Shown: positions 9,022 through 17,757 of the stretch, piece by piece | How the letters are laid out: each line of letters begins with the position of its first letter | Position numbering within the stretch: the stretch's first letter is position 1 | Assembly (NCBI GenBank): GCA_963768705.1 | Contig: CAVYJE010000024.1 | Span: 40,786 to 104,785, forward strand | Reading direction: 5' to 3' | Source of the DNA: an uncultured Chloroflexia bacterium | GTDB taxonomy: Bacteria; Chloroflexota; Dehalococcoidia; DSTF01; WHTK01 | DNA: 64,000 nucleotides | Notes under the pieces: model-generated | Told to the model about the DNA's origin: nothing | The model's input: the letters and a program-made list of their open reading frames with translations, nothing else | Databases searched by the model: none | Program-made: the position numbers and the translations under genes

Positions 9022-10152
9022 ATGAAGATCACCGACGTCACGGTTGCCCGCTATGCCCAGTCCCGCACGCCCGAAGGCGCCGCGTCCGGCCCTGAGATCC
9101 AGATCGTCGAAGTGCAGACCGATGAGGGCGTCAGCGGCACGGGCTTCCTGACCGCCTCGAACGCGGCGGTGTCGCCGACGGCGGAGCTGCTGGCGGGGCT
9201 GCTACGGCGCAACCTGCGCAACATCGTGCTCGGGCACGATCCGCTGCTGACCGAGAAGGTCTGGCGGGCGATGTACGGGCAGCTCGCGGGGCGCCAGGGC
9301 TCGCGGGGTCTGTTCCTGCACGCGATCGCGGCGATCGACTTCGCGCTGTGGGACGTCAAGGCGAAGGTGATGAACCGGCCGCTCGGCGACCTGTTCGGGG
9401 ACCGGCGAGAGCGCATCGCGACGTACGCGAACGCGGCGCACACGGTGACGCCGGAGGAGGCGGCCGAGACCGCGTCCGAGTACGTGAAGAAGGGCCATAA
9501 GGCGATCAAGGTGCGGGGTACGCTGGGCTTCTCGCCGCTGGACGTGACCAACAAGCGCATCGAAGCGGTGCGAGAGGCGATCGGGCCGGACGTGAAGCTG
9601 ATGGTCGACGTCAACGGCACGTACGGCGCGGACCTGGCGATCCAACAGCTCAAGCGCTGGCAGAACCTGGACCTGTACTGGCTGGAGGAGCCGGTTTCGC
9701 CGGAGGACGTTCTCGGCTACGTGAAGGTGAAGCAGCGGGCCGGTGGGACATACATTGTGGGTGGAGAGCAGCACGCGGGGCTGACGGAGTTCGCGAACCT
9801 GTTCGACCACGACGCGGTGGATATCGTGCAGCCGGGCTCGATGCAGGTGGGCGGGCTAACGGAGTGGCTCAAGGTCTACAACATGGCAACGGCGCGGGGC
9901 ATCCCGGTGGCGCCGTGGGACCTGCAGGCCGTGCACATGCACGTGGCGGCGGGCCTGCCGAACGTGAAGTGGATCGAGTACTTCATGCCGGACAACCCGA
10001 TGCTGGCGTTCCAGAACCGGCTGTTCGCGGAGCCGCGCTTCGACGAGGAGGTGACGGAGGACGGCGTCTTCTTGATCCCGCCGACGAAGCCGGGGTTGGG
10101 CCTCGTGCTGAACGAGGCAGAGGCGGAGCGAGCGCGGGTCAGGGAGTCGTAG
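9022..10152 (+). CDS. Enolase-superfamily enzyme (mandelate racemase/muconate lactonizing enzyme family), second paralog
   Basis: ORF trimmed to ATG 9022 (GGAGGA RBS). Blocks AIDFALWDVKAK, KAIKVRG, LMVDVNGTY, YWLEEP and DIVQPGSMQVGGLTE. Confidence 0.85.
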   Translation: MKITDVTVARYAQSRTPEGAASGPEIQIVEVQTDEGVSGTGFLTASNAAVSPTAELLAGLLRRNLRNIVLGHDPLLTEKVWRAMYGQLAGRQGSRGLFLHAIAAIDFALWDVKAKVMNRPLGDLFGDRRERIATYANAAHTVTPEEAAETASEYVKKGHKAIKVRGTLGFSPLDVTNKRIEAVREAIGPDVKLMVDVNGTYGADLAIQQLKRWQNLDLYWLEEPVSPEDVLGYVKVKQRAGGTYIVGGEQHAGLTEFANLFDHDAVDIVQPGSMQVGGLTEWLKVYNMATARGIPVAPWDLQAVHMHVAAGLPNVKWIEYFMPDNPMLAFQNRLFAEPRFDEEVTEDGVFLIPPTKPGLGLVLNEAEAERARVRES

Positions 10153-10459
10153 GCAGGCTGGAGGTCCGTGCCGACTGCCAGGTGCCGTAGCCTGCGGCGG
10201 GTGCCTGCGTGTTCGGGCTTGACGGCTTGCTCGATGGCACCTGATCGGGCCAGAAGCGCTCTGGCTCGGGACGTTTGACATCCTTGATCTCGCGGAGGAC
10301 GGGGCGTTCGTCTTCCTTCACGAGCTCGAAGAGGTCGGCGAGGTCGACGTCGCGTTTGCCGACCTGCTCCCGCATGCTGCGAACGCGCGCCCGGATCTCG
10401 GTGACCTCGGCATCGCTCATCGCCGGCTCGTGCTTCTGGAATCGGGAGAAGAGGCTCAT
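10139..10459 (-). CDS. Hypothetical protein
   Basis: ORF trimmed to ATG 10459. The N-terminal 70 aa look like genuine helical protein and the tail is low complexity. Overlaps the convergent gene end by 14 nt. Confidence 0.35.
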   Translation of the reverse strand: MSLFSRFQKHEPAMSDAEVTEIRARVRSMREQVGKRDVDLADLFELVKEDERPVLREIKDVKRPEPERFWPDQVPSSKPSSPNTQAPAAGYGTWQSARTSSLPTTP

Positions 10460-10706
10460 GGGAATCCTTTCGCGGGCCAGTGTGTCGCATCGGGGTGCGG
10501 CTCTGTTACTGATCACAACGCCTACAGTCCCCGGGCGTAACGCGTATGCGGCGATACTGTCGCCTCACAACAGTTGTTCAAACAGAAGGGGTTTCGGGTT
10601 CGCCGGGCGTCGCAAGTATGGAAGGGCCAGATACGCGCTGGGTTAATAGGGCCTCCGTCTGGCATAATTCCATCGCCCTGACGAAGAGATAGTGACGGAG
10701 GTAAAC

Positions 10707-11264
10707 ATGCCGCGAGTCCCACTGCTTACGACGAAAGAACAGCTGCCGGCAGAGCAGCACCACGAGTACGACGAGATCATGGGCGTGCTCGGTAACGTGG
10801 GTGGCCCCTTCGGGCTCCTGCTTTACAGCCCCGGCCTGGCCGAGATGGTGTGCAAGACGGGTGCTCACATCCGCCTGCAGTCCGAGTTGACGATGGTCGA
10901 GCGCGAGCTGGCGCTGCTGAGCACGCTGCGCGAGAAGGACGCCTCTTTCGAGTGGGGCGGCCACGTGCGCACGTCTCGAAACGCCGGAATGGGTGAAGCG
11001 ACGATCGACGTGATCGCGAACGACAAGGACCCGAGCGGCCTCCCGGAGGACGACCGCGACGTGATCCTGTTCACGCGCCAGCTGCTGCGCAAGAACAAGG
11101 TGGAAGACGACGTTTTCAACCGCCTGACGGAGCGCCACGGCACTCGCTGGGTGCTGGAGATCGCCGCGACGATCGGTCAGTACCAGTACATCTCCGCGGT
11201 GAACAACGCGTTCAACCAGGAGCCGCGCGAGGGCGCTGAGGTGCTGCCGGAGATCAAGCGGTAG
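10707..11264 (+). CDS. Carboxymuconolactone decarboxylase (AhpD-like) family protein
   Basis: ATG 10707 after GGAGG. Family-like sequence ELALLSTLREKDASFEWGGHVR... Confidence 0.8.
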   Translation: MPRVPLLTTKEQLPAEQHHEYDEIMGVLGNVGGPFGLLLYSPGLAEMVCKTGAHIRLQSELTMVERELALLSTLREKDASFEWGGHVRTSRNAGMGEATIDVIANDKDPSGLPEDDRDVILFTRQLLRKNKVEDDVFNRLTERHGTRWVLEIAATIGQYQYISAVNNAFNQEPREGAEVLPEIKR

Positions 11265-11274
11265 AGCTTCACCC

Positions 11275-11835
11275 TCCAGCCCCTCTCCGTCGTACGGAGA
11301 GGGGAGTATCGTAGGATGATAGAGCCTCGGTGATGTGCCGGGGCTCTATTGCACCTCACCCCCTCACCCCCTCTCCGATTTCGGAGAGGGGGCACTTCGT
11401 TGCCCTGGGTCTCGGGGCGGCCTCGGGGAGCCGGGAGACGGGCGCTGACACTGCGGGATGAATCCCGCAGCTATCATTTGGGCGGGGCGCCCCGAATGGT
11501 CATTGCGAGCGAACGCGAAGCAATCCCACATCGTCCTGGGCGTTTCGCATTGCCCGGCGCTGATGGCGGAAGTGCGGCGCTGCTGGAGCCGCGTGAGTGG
11601 AGTTGCGGGCGGATGCGGGGTTGAACGACGCTGTGAGATTGCTTCGCATTCGCTCGCAATGACCATTCGAGGTGGTTGCGGTGTTGCCTGGGGATGGACC
11701 TGCCCTCAACAAACGGGATGCAGGGCATTGCCGAGGTGCGGCGCTGCCAGGGCCGCGCGAGCAGGGCTGCTGGGCGGATGCGGGGTTGCACGACGCTGCG
11801 GGATTGCTTCGCATTCGCTCGCAATGACCAGTCGA
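11275..11835. repeat. Cluster of at least six hairpin/MITE-like repeats from four families
   Basis: Elements read: 11278-11306 CCCCTCTCCG-loop-CGGAGAGGGG; 11354-11392 composite element; 11451-11470 CTGCGGGATGAATCCCGCAG; 11498-11527 GGTCATTGCGAGCGAACGCGAAGCAATCCC; and its inverse inside ~59-bp direct repeats at 11608-11666 and 11772-11830. Confidence 0.85.
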
Positions 11836-12012
11836 CATGGTGGCGATGCGGTCTTTGTGATGCCTGGGCCTTCGCCGTGGGTCGGGCGCTGAGGCGGCTT
11901 CGCGTGGGCGATAATGCGCTTGTGGTCACCGGGTGGCGCGTGCCTGTGGTTCGTCCGGTGACTGTCGTTCGTCTGGTTCGCGTGTCTCAAGTCAGCCGTC
12001 CCTGAGAGGTGA

Positions 12013-13089
12013 ATGGCGTTGTCCCCGATCCACGATCTGGAGCTGATTGCCGGTGTCTCGCTGATCGCGGCCATCCTTTGGGATGCGTTCGAGACGATCG
12101 TGCTACCTCGGACGGTGCGACATCGGTTCCAGCTGACACGGGTGGTGGTGCTGGGCGCCTGGGGGCTCTGGCGGTCAGCGCCGCTGCCGTCATCGAGTCG
12201 CGAGGGGTATCTGTCCTTCTTTGGGCCGCTGGTGCTGCTGTTCCTGATCTTCGTCTGGGCCATCGGGCTGACGATTGGGTTTGCGCTCGTGCTGTATGGA
12301 GTGGAGTCGACCGGGAGCTTTGGGGCGTCGGTCTACTTCAGTGGCTCGACGTTCTTCACGCTGGGGCTCGGCGACGTGGTACCGGAGGCGAACGCGTCGC
12401 GCGGCATCGTGCTTGTCGAAGCCGGGACCGGATTCGGGTTTCTGGCGATGGTGATTAGCTACCTGCCGATCTACTACCAGGCGTTTTCGAGGCGGGAGCT
12501 CGCGATCTCGTTGTTGGACGCGCGGGCCGGTTCGCCACCGACGGCCATCGAGCTGATCCGGCGCAACGGCGCCCAGCTCACGACAGAAACGTTGGTGCAG
12601 TGGGAGAAGTGGACGGCGGAACTGCTGGAGAGCCACCTTTCGTATCCCATCCTGGCGTTCTTTCGTTCTCAGCACGACAGGCAATCGTGGCTATCAGCCC
12701 TGACCGTGGTCCTCGATACGTCGGCGCTGATGATGACGGGGATCCAGGGCATGCCGGAGGGGCAGGCGCGGTTCACGTTCGCGATCGCGCGACATGCGCT
12801 GGTCGACCTGACGCAGATCTTCTACGGCGCACCGGAGCCGCCGCAGCCCGATCGGCTCGACCACGCGGGGTTCGAGCGCCTGAGCGCATCGCTTGAGGGG
12901 TTGGGACTGCGGTTTGCTGATGGCGCGGAGGCAGCGGAATGGAGGTTGCAGGGCCTGCGGGCGGCGTATGAGCCATTCGCGTATGCGCTGAGCAAGCGAC
13001 TGCTGCTGAATTTGCCGCCGTGGGTCCCGAATCCGGGTCAGGAGGACGACTGGCAGGTGAGTCCGTGGGACCGGATGCCGCCGCTTTAA
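12013..13089 (+). CDS. Potassium-channel-like ion transport protein
   Basis: TM helices flank a pore-loop-like FFTLGLGDVVP (compare the TxGYGD filter), followed by a soluble C-terminal domain. Confidence 0.7.
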   Translation: MALSPIHDLELIAGVSLIAAILWDAFETIVLPRTVRHRFQLTRVVVLGAWGLWRSAPLPSSSREGYLSFFGPLVLLFLIFVWAIGLTIGFALVLYGVESTGSFGASVYFSGSTFFTLGLGDVVPEANASRGIVLVEAGTGFGFLAMVISYLPIYYQAFSRRELAISLLDARAGSPPTAIELIRRNGAQLTTETLVQWEKWTAELLESHLSYPILAFFRSQHDRQSWLSALTVVLDTSALMMTGIQGMPEGQARFTFAIARHALVDLTQIFYGAPEPPQPDRLDHAGFERLSASLEGLGLRFADGAEAAEWRLQGLRAAYEPFAYALSKRLLLNLPPWVPNPGQEDDWQVSPWDRMPPL

Positions 13090-13204
13090 CTGGACACCGC
13101 TCCTCCCCATCCTGTTAGCGAGTTCGGAAGGCGGTCATCTGGTTTGGTCATCACGTTCGGATGGTCATCGTCAGTTGGAACGCCCCTCACTGTGCAAGCA
13201 GGGT

Positions 13205-14470
13205 GATGGGTAACACACTAACCGGGCGCATGGGTTACAGGTTCACGTTGCGATGACCTTCCTCAGGGGCGAATGAGCCTCTCCTGCCTGGCGTCGAGGT
13301 GACCCAGTAGAACGGGACCAAAGTAGACGTCGTGGCCGGTCAGCGTTTCTTGCAGGGCGATGGCTTCGCCCGTGAGGGCTTCGCTGATGAAGACGTGCTT
13401 GCCTCGCCACTTCATCTCTCCGTTGCTGCGCACCCGGCGGACTAGGGCGTCGGGCGGATATTCGGGGTCTTCGAGACGGTCCGGGTATCGCCGGGGCGAA
13501 GGCCGGTAGAGGGATGCAGGCGGTGTCAGGTCGAGGGCTTGATGCGGCCTACGGTAGTTGTAGGTCTGGCGGAAAACGTCGAAGGCCTGCTGTTGCTCTT
13601 GCCGGTTGGCAGCTGAGGGGTGGCAGCACTCCAGCTTAAGAGTGAGGTGCATGCGTTCGTGTCGGCCGTTCTGCTCGGGATGGCCGGGCTGGATGCGCTC
13701 AAGGTGGATGCCCAGCTTCACCCACCAGACGCCAAGGCGGGAGAGGCCTGCGGCGGCCAGGGAGGCAAAGGGTGGTCCGTTATCGGTGCGGATGGCCTGA
13801 GGCAGGCCGTGCTCCCGAAACACCGCCTCGAATACGGGGCGGACGTGAGTGTAGTCCGGCTTCGAGACCGCCTGGCAACACAGGAGCATGCGACTGCAGG
13901 CGTCGCTGATCGTCAGCGGGTCGCAGCGCTGGCCATCACCGGTGCGAAACCAGCCTTTGAAGTCTGCACACCAGACAGCGTTGGGATGGTCTGCCGTCTG
14001 GAAGGGTCGGCTACCGGGAGCGACGCGTCGTTTGCGTCTGCGAGCTCTGGTCAGGCCTGCTCGGGCCAGGATGAGACCACAAGTGCTGGGAGCGGGCCAG
14101 GCCTGGACGACCTCGTCGGGTTCTTCTGGCTCCGGCCCCAGTTTCAAGGGTCCCCAGGTGGGGTGTGCCTGTTTGGCTCGACAGATAGCGGCCGCGACTT
14201 CAGGTGCGACGGCGTTGGGATGACTGTGAGCCGCCCGGGAGCAATCTCCCAGTCCGGCTGGGCCGAATTCGGCGAAGCGCCTGACCCATTTATGGGCGGT
14301 CTTTCGGCTCACGCCGAAAGACTCGGCCAGCTCCGCCATCGTGTACTTCCCCGATAGGTGTGCTCTTACGAGCCTTTCTCGTTCTTTCACTGGACTGGTT
14401 ACCCTCCACGGCAAGGCAGACCTCCTTGCCCTTCGTGTAACCCATGTCCTTAGCTAATGTGTTACCAATC
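13205..14470 (-). mobile_element. IS481-family insertion sequence
   Basis: Imperfect terminal inverted repeats GATGGGTAACACACTAACC...CATGGGTTACA (13205-13239) and TGTAACCCATG...AATGTGTTACCAATC (14436-14470) bracket one transposase gene. No clear target duplication seen. Confidence 0.8.
13263..14414 (-). CDS. IS481-family transposase (HTH + DDE/rve integrase core)
   Basis: N-terminal HTH (TMAELAESFGVSRKTAHKWVRRF). Core WCADFKG...IRTDNGPPF...PGHPEQNGRHERMH. TTG start as in the ORF track. Confidence 0.9.
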   Translation of the reverse strand: MPWRVTSPVKERERLVRAHLSGKYTMAELAESFGVSRKTAHKWVRRFAEFGPAGLGDCSRAAHSHPNAVAPEVAAAICRAKQAHPTWGPLKLGPEPEEPDEVVQAWPAPSTCGLILARAGLTRARRRKRRVAPGSRPFQTADHPNAVWCADFKGWFRTGDGQRCDPLTISDACSRMLLCCQAVSKPDYTHVRPVFEAVFREHGLPQAIRTDNGPPFASLAAAGLSRLGVWWVKLGIHLERIQPGHPEQNGRHERMHLTLKLECCHPSAANRQEQQQAFDVFRQTYNYRRPHQALDLTPPASLYRPSPRRYPDRLEDPEYPPDALVRRVRSNGEMKWRGKHVFISEALTGEAIALQETLTGHDVYFGPVLLGHLDARQERLIRP

Positions 14471-14549
14471 TATTTGGTTAGGACCCACCCTGGCCTTCTC
14501 CCTCGAGGGAGAGGGGACCTACTACAAAGGTCTGAGGGTGCCCATGCCG

Positions 14550-14963
14550 CTAAGCAGATACCCACATTGGTACGGAGACGTCGCCGGCTTTCTCGAAGGT
14601 GACCTTGAGCGGCATGTCGACCTTGAGGTTGGCGTTGTCGCCGAGGTAGTTGCCGTTGATGCGTGGGCCCTCTTCGAGCTCGATGACGCAAACGTTGTAC
14701 GGGATTTCGTTGGCGAAGCCGGGGTGGAGGGCCTGGTAGTTGAGCACAAAGCTGTAGAGGGTGCCGCGGCCGGAGGCTTGCTGCCACGCCAGCTCGGTGC
14801 CGTGGCACGTGTCGCAGAGCTCGGCGGCGGGCGCGAGGTGTCGCGAGCAGGTGGGGCAGTACTTGATCAGGAGCTTGCCCTCGGCGGCGGCGTCGAAGAA
14901 GGGCTGGGAGGCGGCGTCGGGGACGGGTACGGGGCGGGTCGAGGCGAGAGGCGCGTCAGACAT
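14550..14963 (-). CDS. Zn-ribbon OB-fold protein (DUF35 family), thiolase partner
   Basis: Trimmed to ATG 14963. CPTCSRH...CDTCHG zinc ribbon followed by an OB-fold-like C-terminus. Lies downstream of a thiolase-like gene, the usual pairing. Confidence 0.8.
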   Translation of the reverse strand: MSDAPLASTRPVPVPDAASQPFFDAAAEGKLLIKYCPTCSRHLAPAAELCDTCHGTELAWQQASGRGTLYSFVLNYQALHPGFANEIPYNVCVIELEEGPRINGNYLGDNANLKVDMPLKVTFEKAGDVSVPMWVSA

Positions 14964-15072
14964 GGTTTGAGACCTCATTGGGCGCATGACGACGAGGCTG
15001 GGAAGCCTCGGCTACGGCTTGGTGGTATCGGTTGGGTGGACAGCACGTTGTCAGCTTCAAGTTCGGCTCCCG

Positions 15073-16251
15073 TCAGGCGGCGTTGGGGCTGAGGATGAGC
15101 GAGGCGTGGTAGTCGAGCAGGCCGCCGTTGCCGGTGACGAGGACGAGGTCGTGCTTTTCGACCTGGCGGTCGCCGCCGCTGCCGCGGGCCTGGATCACGC
15201 CTTCGGAGAGCGGGGTCATGCCCCAGAGGTAGAAGGAGCTGAGCTCACCGCCGCCGGTGTTGGTGGGCAGGCTGCCGCCAGGGCCGAGCTTGCCGTCCTC
15301 GACGAAGGGGCCACCTTCGCCCTTCTCGCAGAAGCCGTAGTCCTCCAGCGTGACGAGCGTGGTGTAGGTGTAGCAGTCGTACAGCTCGCAGACATCGATG
15401 TCGTCGGCCGTGATGCCGATCTGGCCGTAGAGGGTGTCGCGGGCGATGGCGGCGCCGGTCATGTAGTCGTGGGTATCGCCGGCGCGGCGGGCGTTGCCCG
15501 GATAGCCTTGGGCCATCGCGAGCACGTAGGCGGGCTTCGACTTGAGGTCGCGCGCCCGTTCAACGCCGGTGACGATGACGGCGACGGCGCCGTTCGAGAT
15601 CAGACAGCAATCGAGGAGATGGAAGGGCTCGGCGATCCAGCGCGAGTTCTGGTGGTCCTCGATCGTGATCGGGGTGCGGAACTGGGCGATGGGGTTCTTC
15701 ACGGCCCAGGCGCGGGTCGAGACGGCGATAGCGCCGAGCTGCTCGCTGGTGGTGCCGTACAGGGCCATGTGGCGCCGGGCTGCCATGGCGTAGCCGGCGT
15801 TGGGGTTCATCGGCCCGTAGTAGAGGTCCAGGCTGGCGAAACCGGTCGGGGGCTGGCGGTTGCGGGCGGTGTTCATGCCGGCGCTGCTGCGAGCGGCCGG
15901 ATCGGTCATGGGGGCGTCGGCGAAGACGCAGGCGACCGCGCTGGCCATGCCGTTCTGAATCGCCATCGTGGCGTACTGGACCATCGAAGCCGGCGTGGCG
16001 CCCATGGCGTTCATGTGGTTGACGAGTCGCAGGTTCTTGAATCCGCCGGCGTTCTGGAGCTGGAGGCCGATGCCCGGCTGGCTGATGCCCGACTGCATGA
16101 GGAGGCCATCGAGCTGGCCTTTGTGCAGGCCGGAGTCCTCGAGGGCGCGGTCGATGGCCTCGAGGGCGAAGCTGGTGGTCGAGCGCCCATAGACCTTGCC
16201 GACCTCCGAGATGCCGAGGCCGACGATGGCGGACTTGGCCTGATGTTCCAT
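15073..16251 (-). CDS. Thiolase-like (SCP-x / lipid-transfer type) protein
   Basis: 392 aa with thiolase-family N-terminus AIVGLGISEVGK and C-terminal GGGELS and GNGG blocks. Confidence 0.85.
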   Translation of the reverse strand: MEHQAKSAIVGLGISEVGKVYGRSTTSFALEAIDRALEDSGLHKGQLDGLLMQSGISQPGIGLQLQNAGGFKNLRLVNHMNAMGATPASMVQYATMAIQNGMASAVACVFADAPMTDPAARSSAGMNTARNRQPPTGFASLDLYYGPMNPNAGYAMAARRHMALYGTTSEQLGAIAVSTRAWAVKNPIAQFRTPITIEDHQNSRWIAEPFHLLDCCLISNGAVAVIVTGVERARDLKSKPAYVLAMAQGYPGNARRAGDTHDYMTGAAIARDTLYGQIGITADDIDVCELYDCYTYTTLVTLEDYGFCEKGEGGPFVEDGKLGPGGSLPTNTGGGELSSFYLWGMTPLSEGVIQARGSGGDRQVEKHDLVLVTGNGGLLDYHASLILSPNAA

Positions 16252-16377
16252 GGCTGCACCTTTCCTTAACCAAGCACGGCGTGCTGATCATACGGGGATA
16301 GAGGCATACGGGCATGACGGTTACGGGAGACTCGTAGAATGCAGCAACCGCCTTTCAAGTAGTCGGAGCGCAGTGTG

Positions 16378-17475
16378 ATGAAGAGCATCGAGATCGACCG
16401 TAGCAAACCGTTGAGCGAGGAGCCGCACACAGGGCACAACCGCTGGCATCCGGACATCGAGCCCAAGCTGGAGGTTGAGCCGGGCGAAGAGGTGGTGTTG
16501 CAGACACGCGATGCCTCGGACGGGCAGACGCTGTCGGCGGAGGGGCCTCGGTCCGGGTCGGGCCGCGTGCACCCGCTGACGGGGCCGGTGTACGTCGCGG
16601 GCGCGGCGCCGGGCGACCTGCTGGAGATCGAGTACCTGGACATCGTGCCGGAGCCGCAGGGCTGGACCCGCAGCGGGCCGGGGCTGGGTTTCCTGCCGGA
16701 CCTGCTGTCGGAGCCGTTCCTGGCCGTGTGGGACATCGACGGCGAGTGGGCGACCTCGCAGCAGATCCCGGGCGTGCGGATCCCCAACGGCTGCTTCATG
16801 GGCACGGCGGGCGTGGCGCCGTCGCAGGAGCAGGTGGTCGCGTGGACGAAACGGGAGGCCGAGCTCGTGTCGCGGGGCGGCCGGGCGATGTTGCCGGACG
16901 CGACGGACGCGGTGCCGCACCTCGAGCCGATCGCCTCGGAGGGGCTGCGGACGATGCCGCCGCGGGAGAACTGCGGCAACCTGGACGCGAAGCAGCTAAC
17001 GAAAGGCTCGAAGCTGTTCGTGCCGGTGAACGTGCCGGGCGGGCTGTACTCGGCGGGCGATGCGCACTTCGCGCAGGGCGACGGCGAGGTCTGTCTGACC
17101 GCGATCGAGATGGGCGCGACGGTGAGCGTGCGATTCGCCATACACAAGGGCGAGGCGGAGCGCCGCAACATCCGCTGGCCCCGGTTCTCCCACGGCGATT
17201 ACTTCCTGCAGCCGCAGTGGGCGGCGCCGCGCAACTTCATCGCCACGGTGGGCATGCCGGTGCGTGAGGACGGCACGCAGGAGGGCGCCGACTTGAGCCT
17301 GGCGGCCCGGAACGCGCTGCTGAGCATGGTCGAGCTGCTTCAGGAGCGGGGCTGGACGGCGGCGCAGGCGTATCTCCTGTGCAGCGTCGCGGTCGACCTG
17401 CGGATCAGCAACCTGGTGGACCTGCCGAACGTCGCCGTGTCGGCGTTTCTGCCGGAGGACATCTTCGTCGGGTAG
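16378..17475 (+). CDS. Acetamidase/formamidase family protein
   Basis: SEEPHTGHNRWHPDI and GPVYVAGAAPGDLLEIE are typical FmdA/AmdA blocks. GTG 16375 is an alternative start. Confidence 0.85.
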   Translation: MKSIEIDRSKPLSEEPHTGHNRWHPDIEPKLEVEPGEEVVLQTRDASDGQTLSAEGPRSGSGRVHPLTGPVYVAGAAPGDLLEIEYLDIVPEPQGWTRSGPGLGFLPDLLSEPFLAVWDIDGEWATSQQIPGVRIPNGCFMGTAGVAPSQEQVVAWTKREAELVSRGGRAMLPDATDAVPHLEPIASEGLRTMPPRENCGNLDAKQLTKGSKLFVPVNVPGGLYSAGDAHFAQGDGEVCLTAIEMGATVSVRFAIHKGEAERRNIRWPRFSHGDYFLQPQWAAPRNFIATVGMPVREDGTQEGADLSLAARNALLSMVELLQERGWTAAQAYLLCSVAVDLRISNLVDLPNVAVSAFLPEDIFVG

Positions 17476-17708
17476 GACGTGGGTAGGGCGTCCGGTTTAC
17501 GGGGCGGCCAACACTCGGCGTCCGAAGTCAGGTGAGGTTGCTGGTGGGCGTTTCGTCACTGCAGGATGAATCCTGCAGCTTGCGTTGCTTGGGTTTGCGG
17601 CGTGTCGGTTTGTTCTGCGTTCGACGGGCGCTGGAGGATTGCCGCGTCGGCTGTCGCCTCCTCGCAACGACAGTTTCGGGGAGCCTTGGCGGGCGACACA
17701 CTCCTGGC

Positions 17709-17756
17709 GATTGCCCGATTGCCCGATTGCCCGATTGCCCGATTGCCCGATTGCCC
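17709..17756. repeat. Octanucleotide microsatellite (GATTGCCC) x6
   Basis: Six perfect tandem copies ending 1 nt from the stop codon (17758-17760) of the minus-strand glycosyltransferase gene. Confidence 0.95.
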
Positions 17757-17757
17757 G

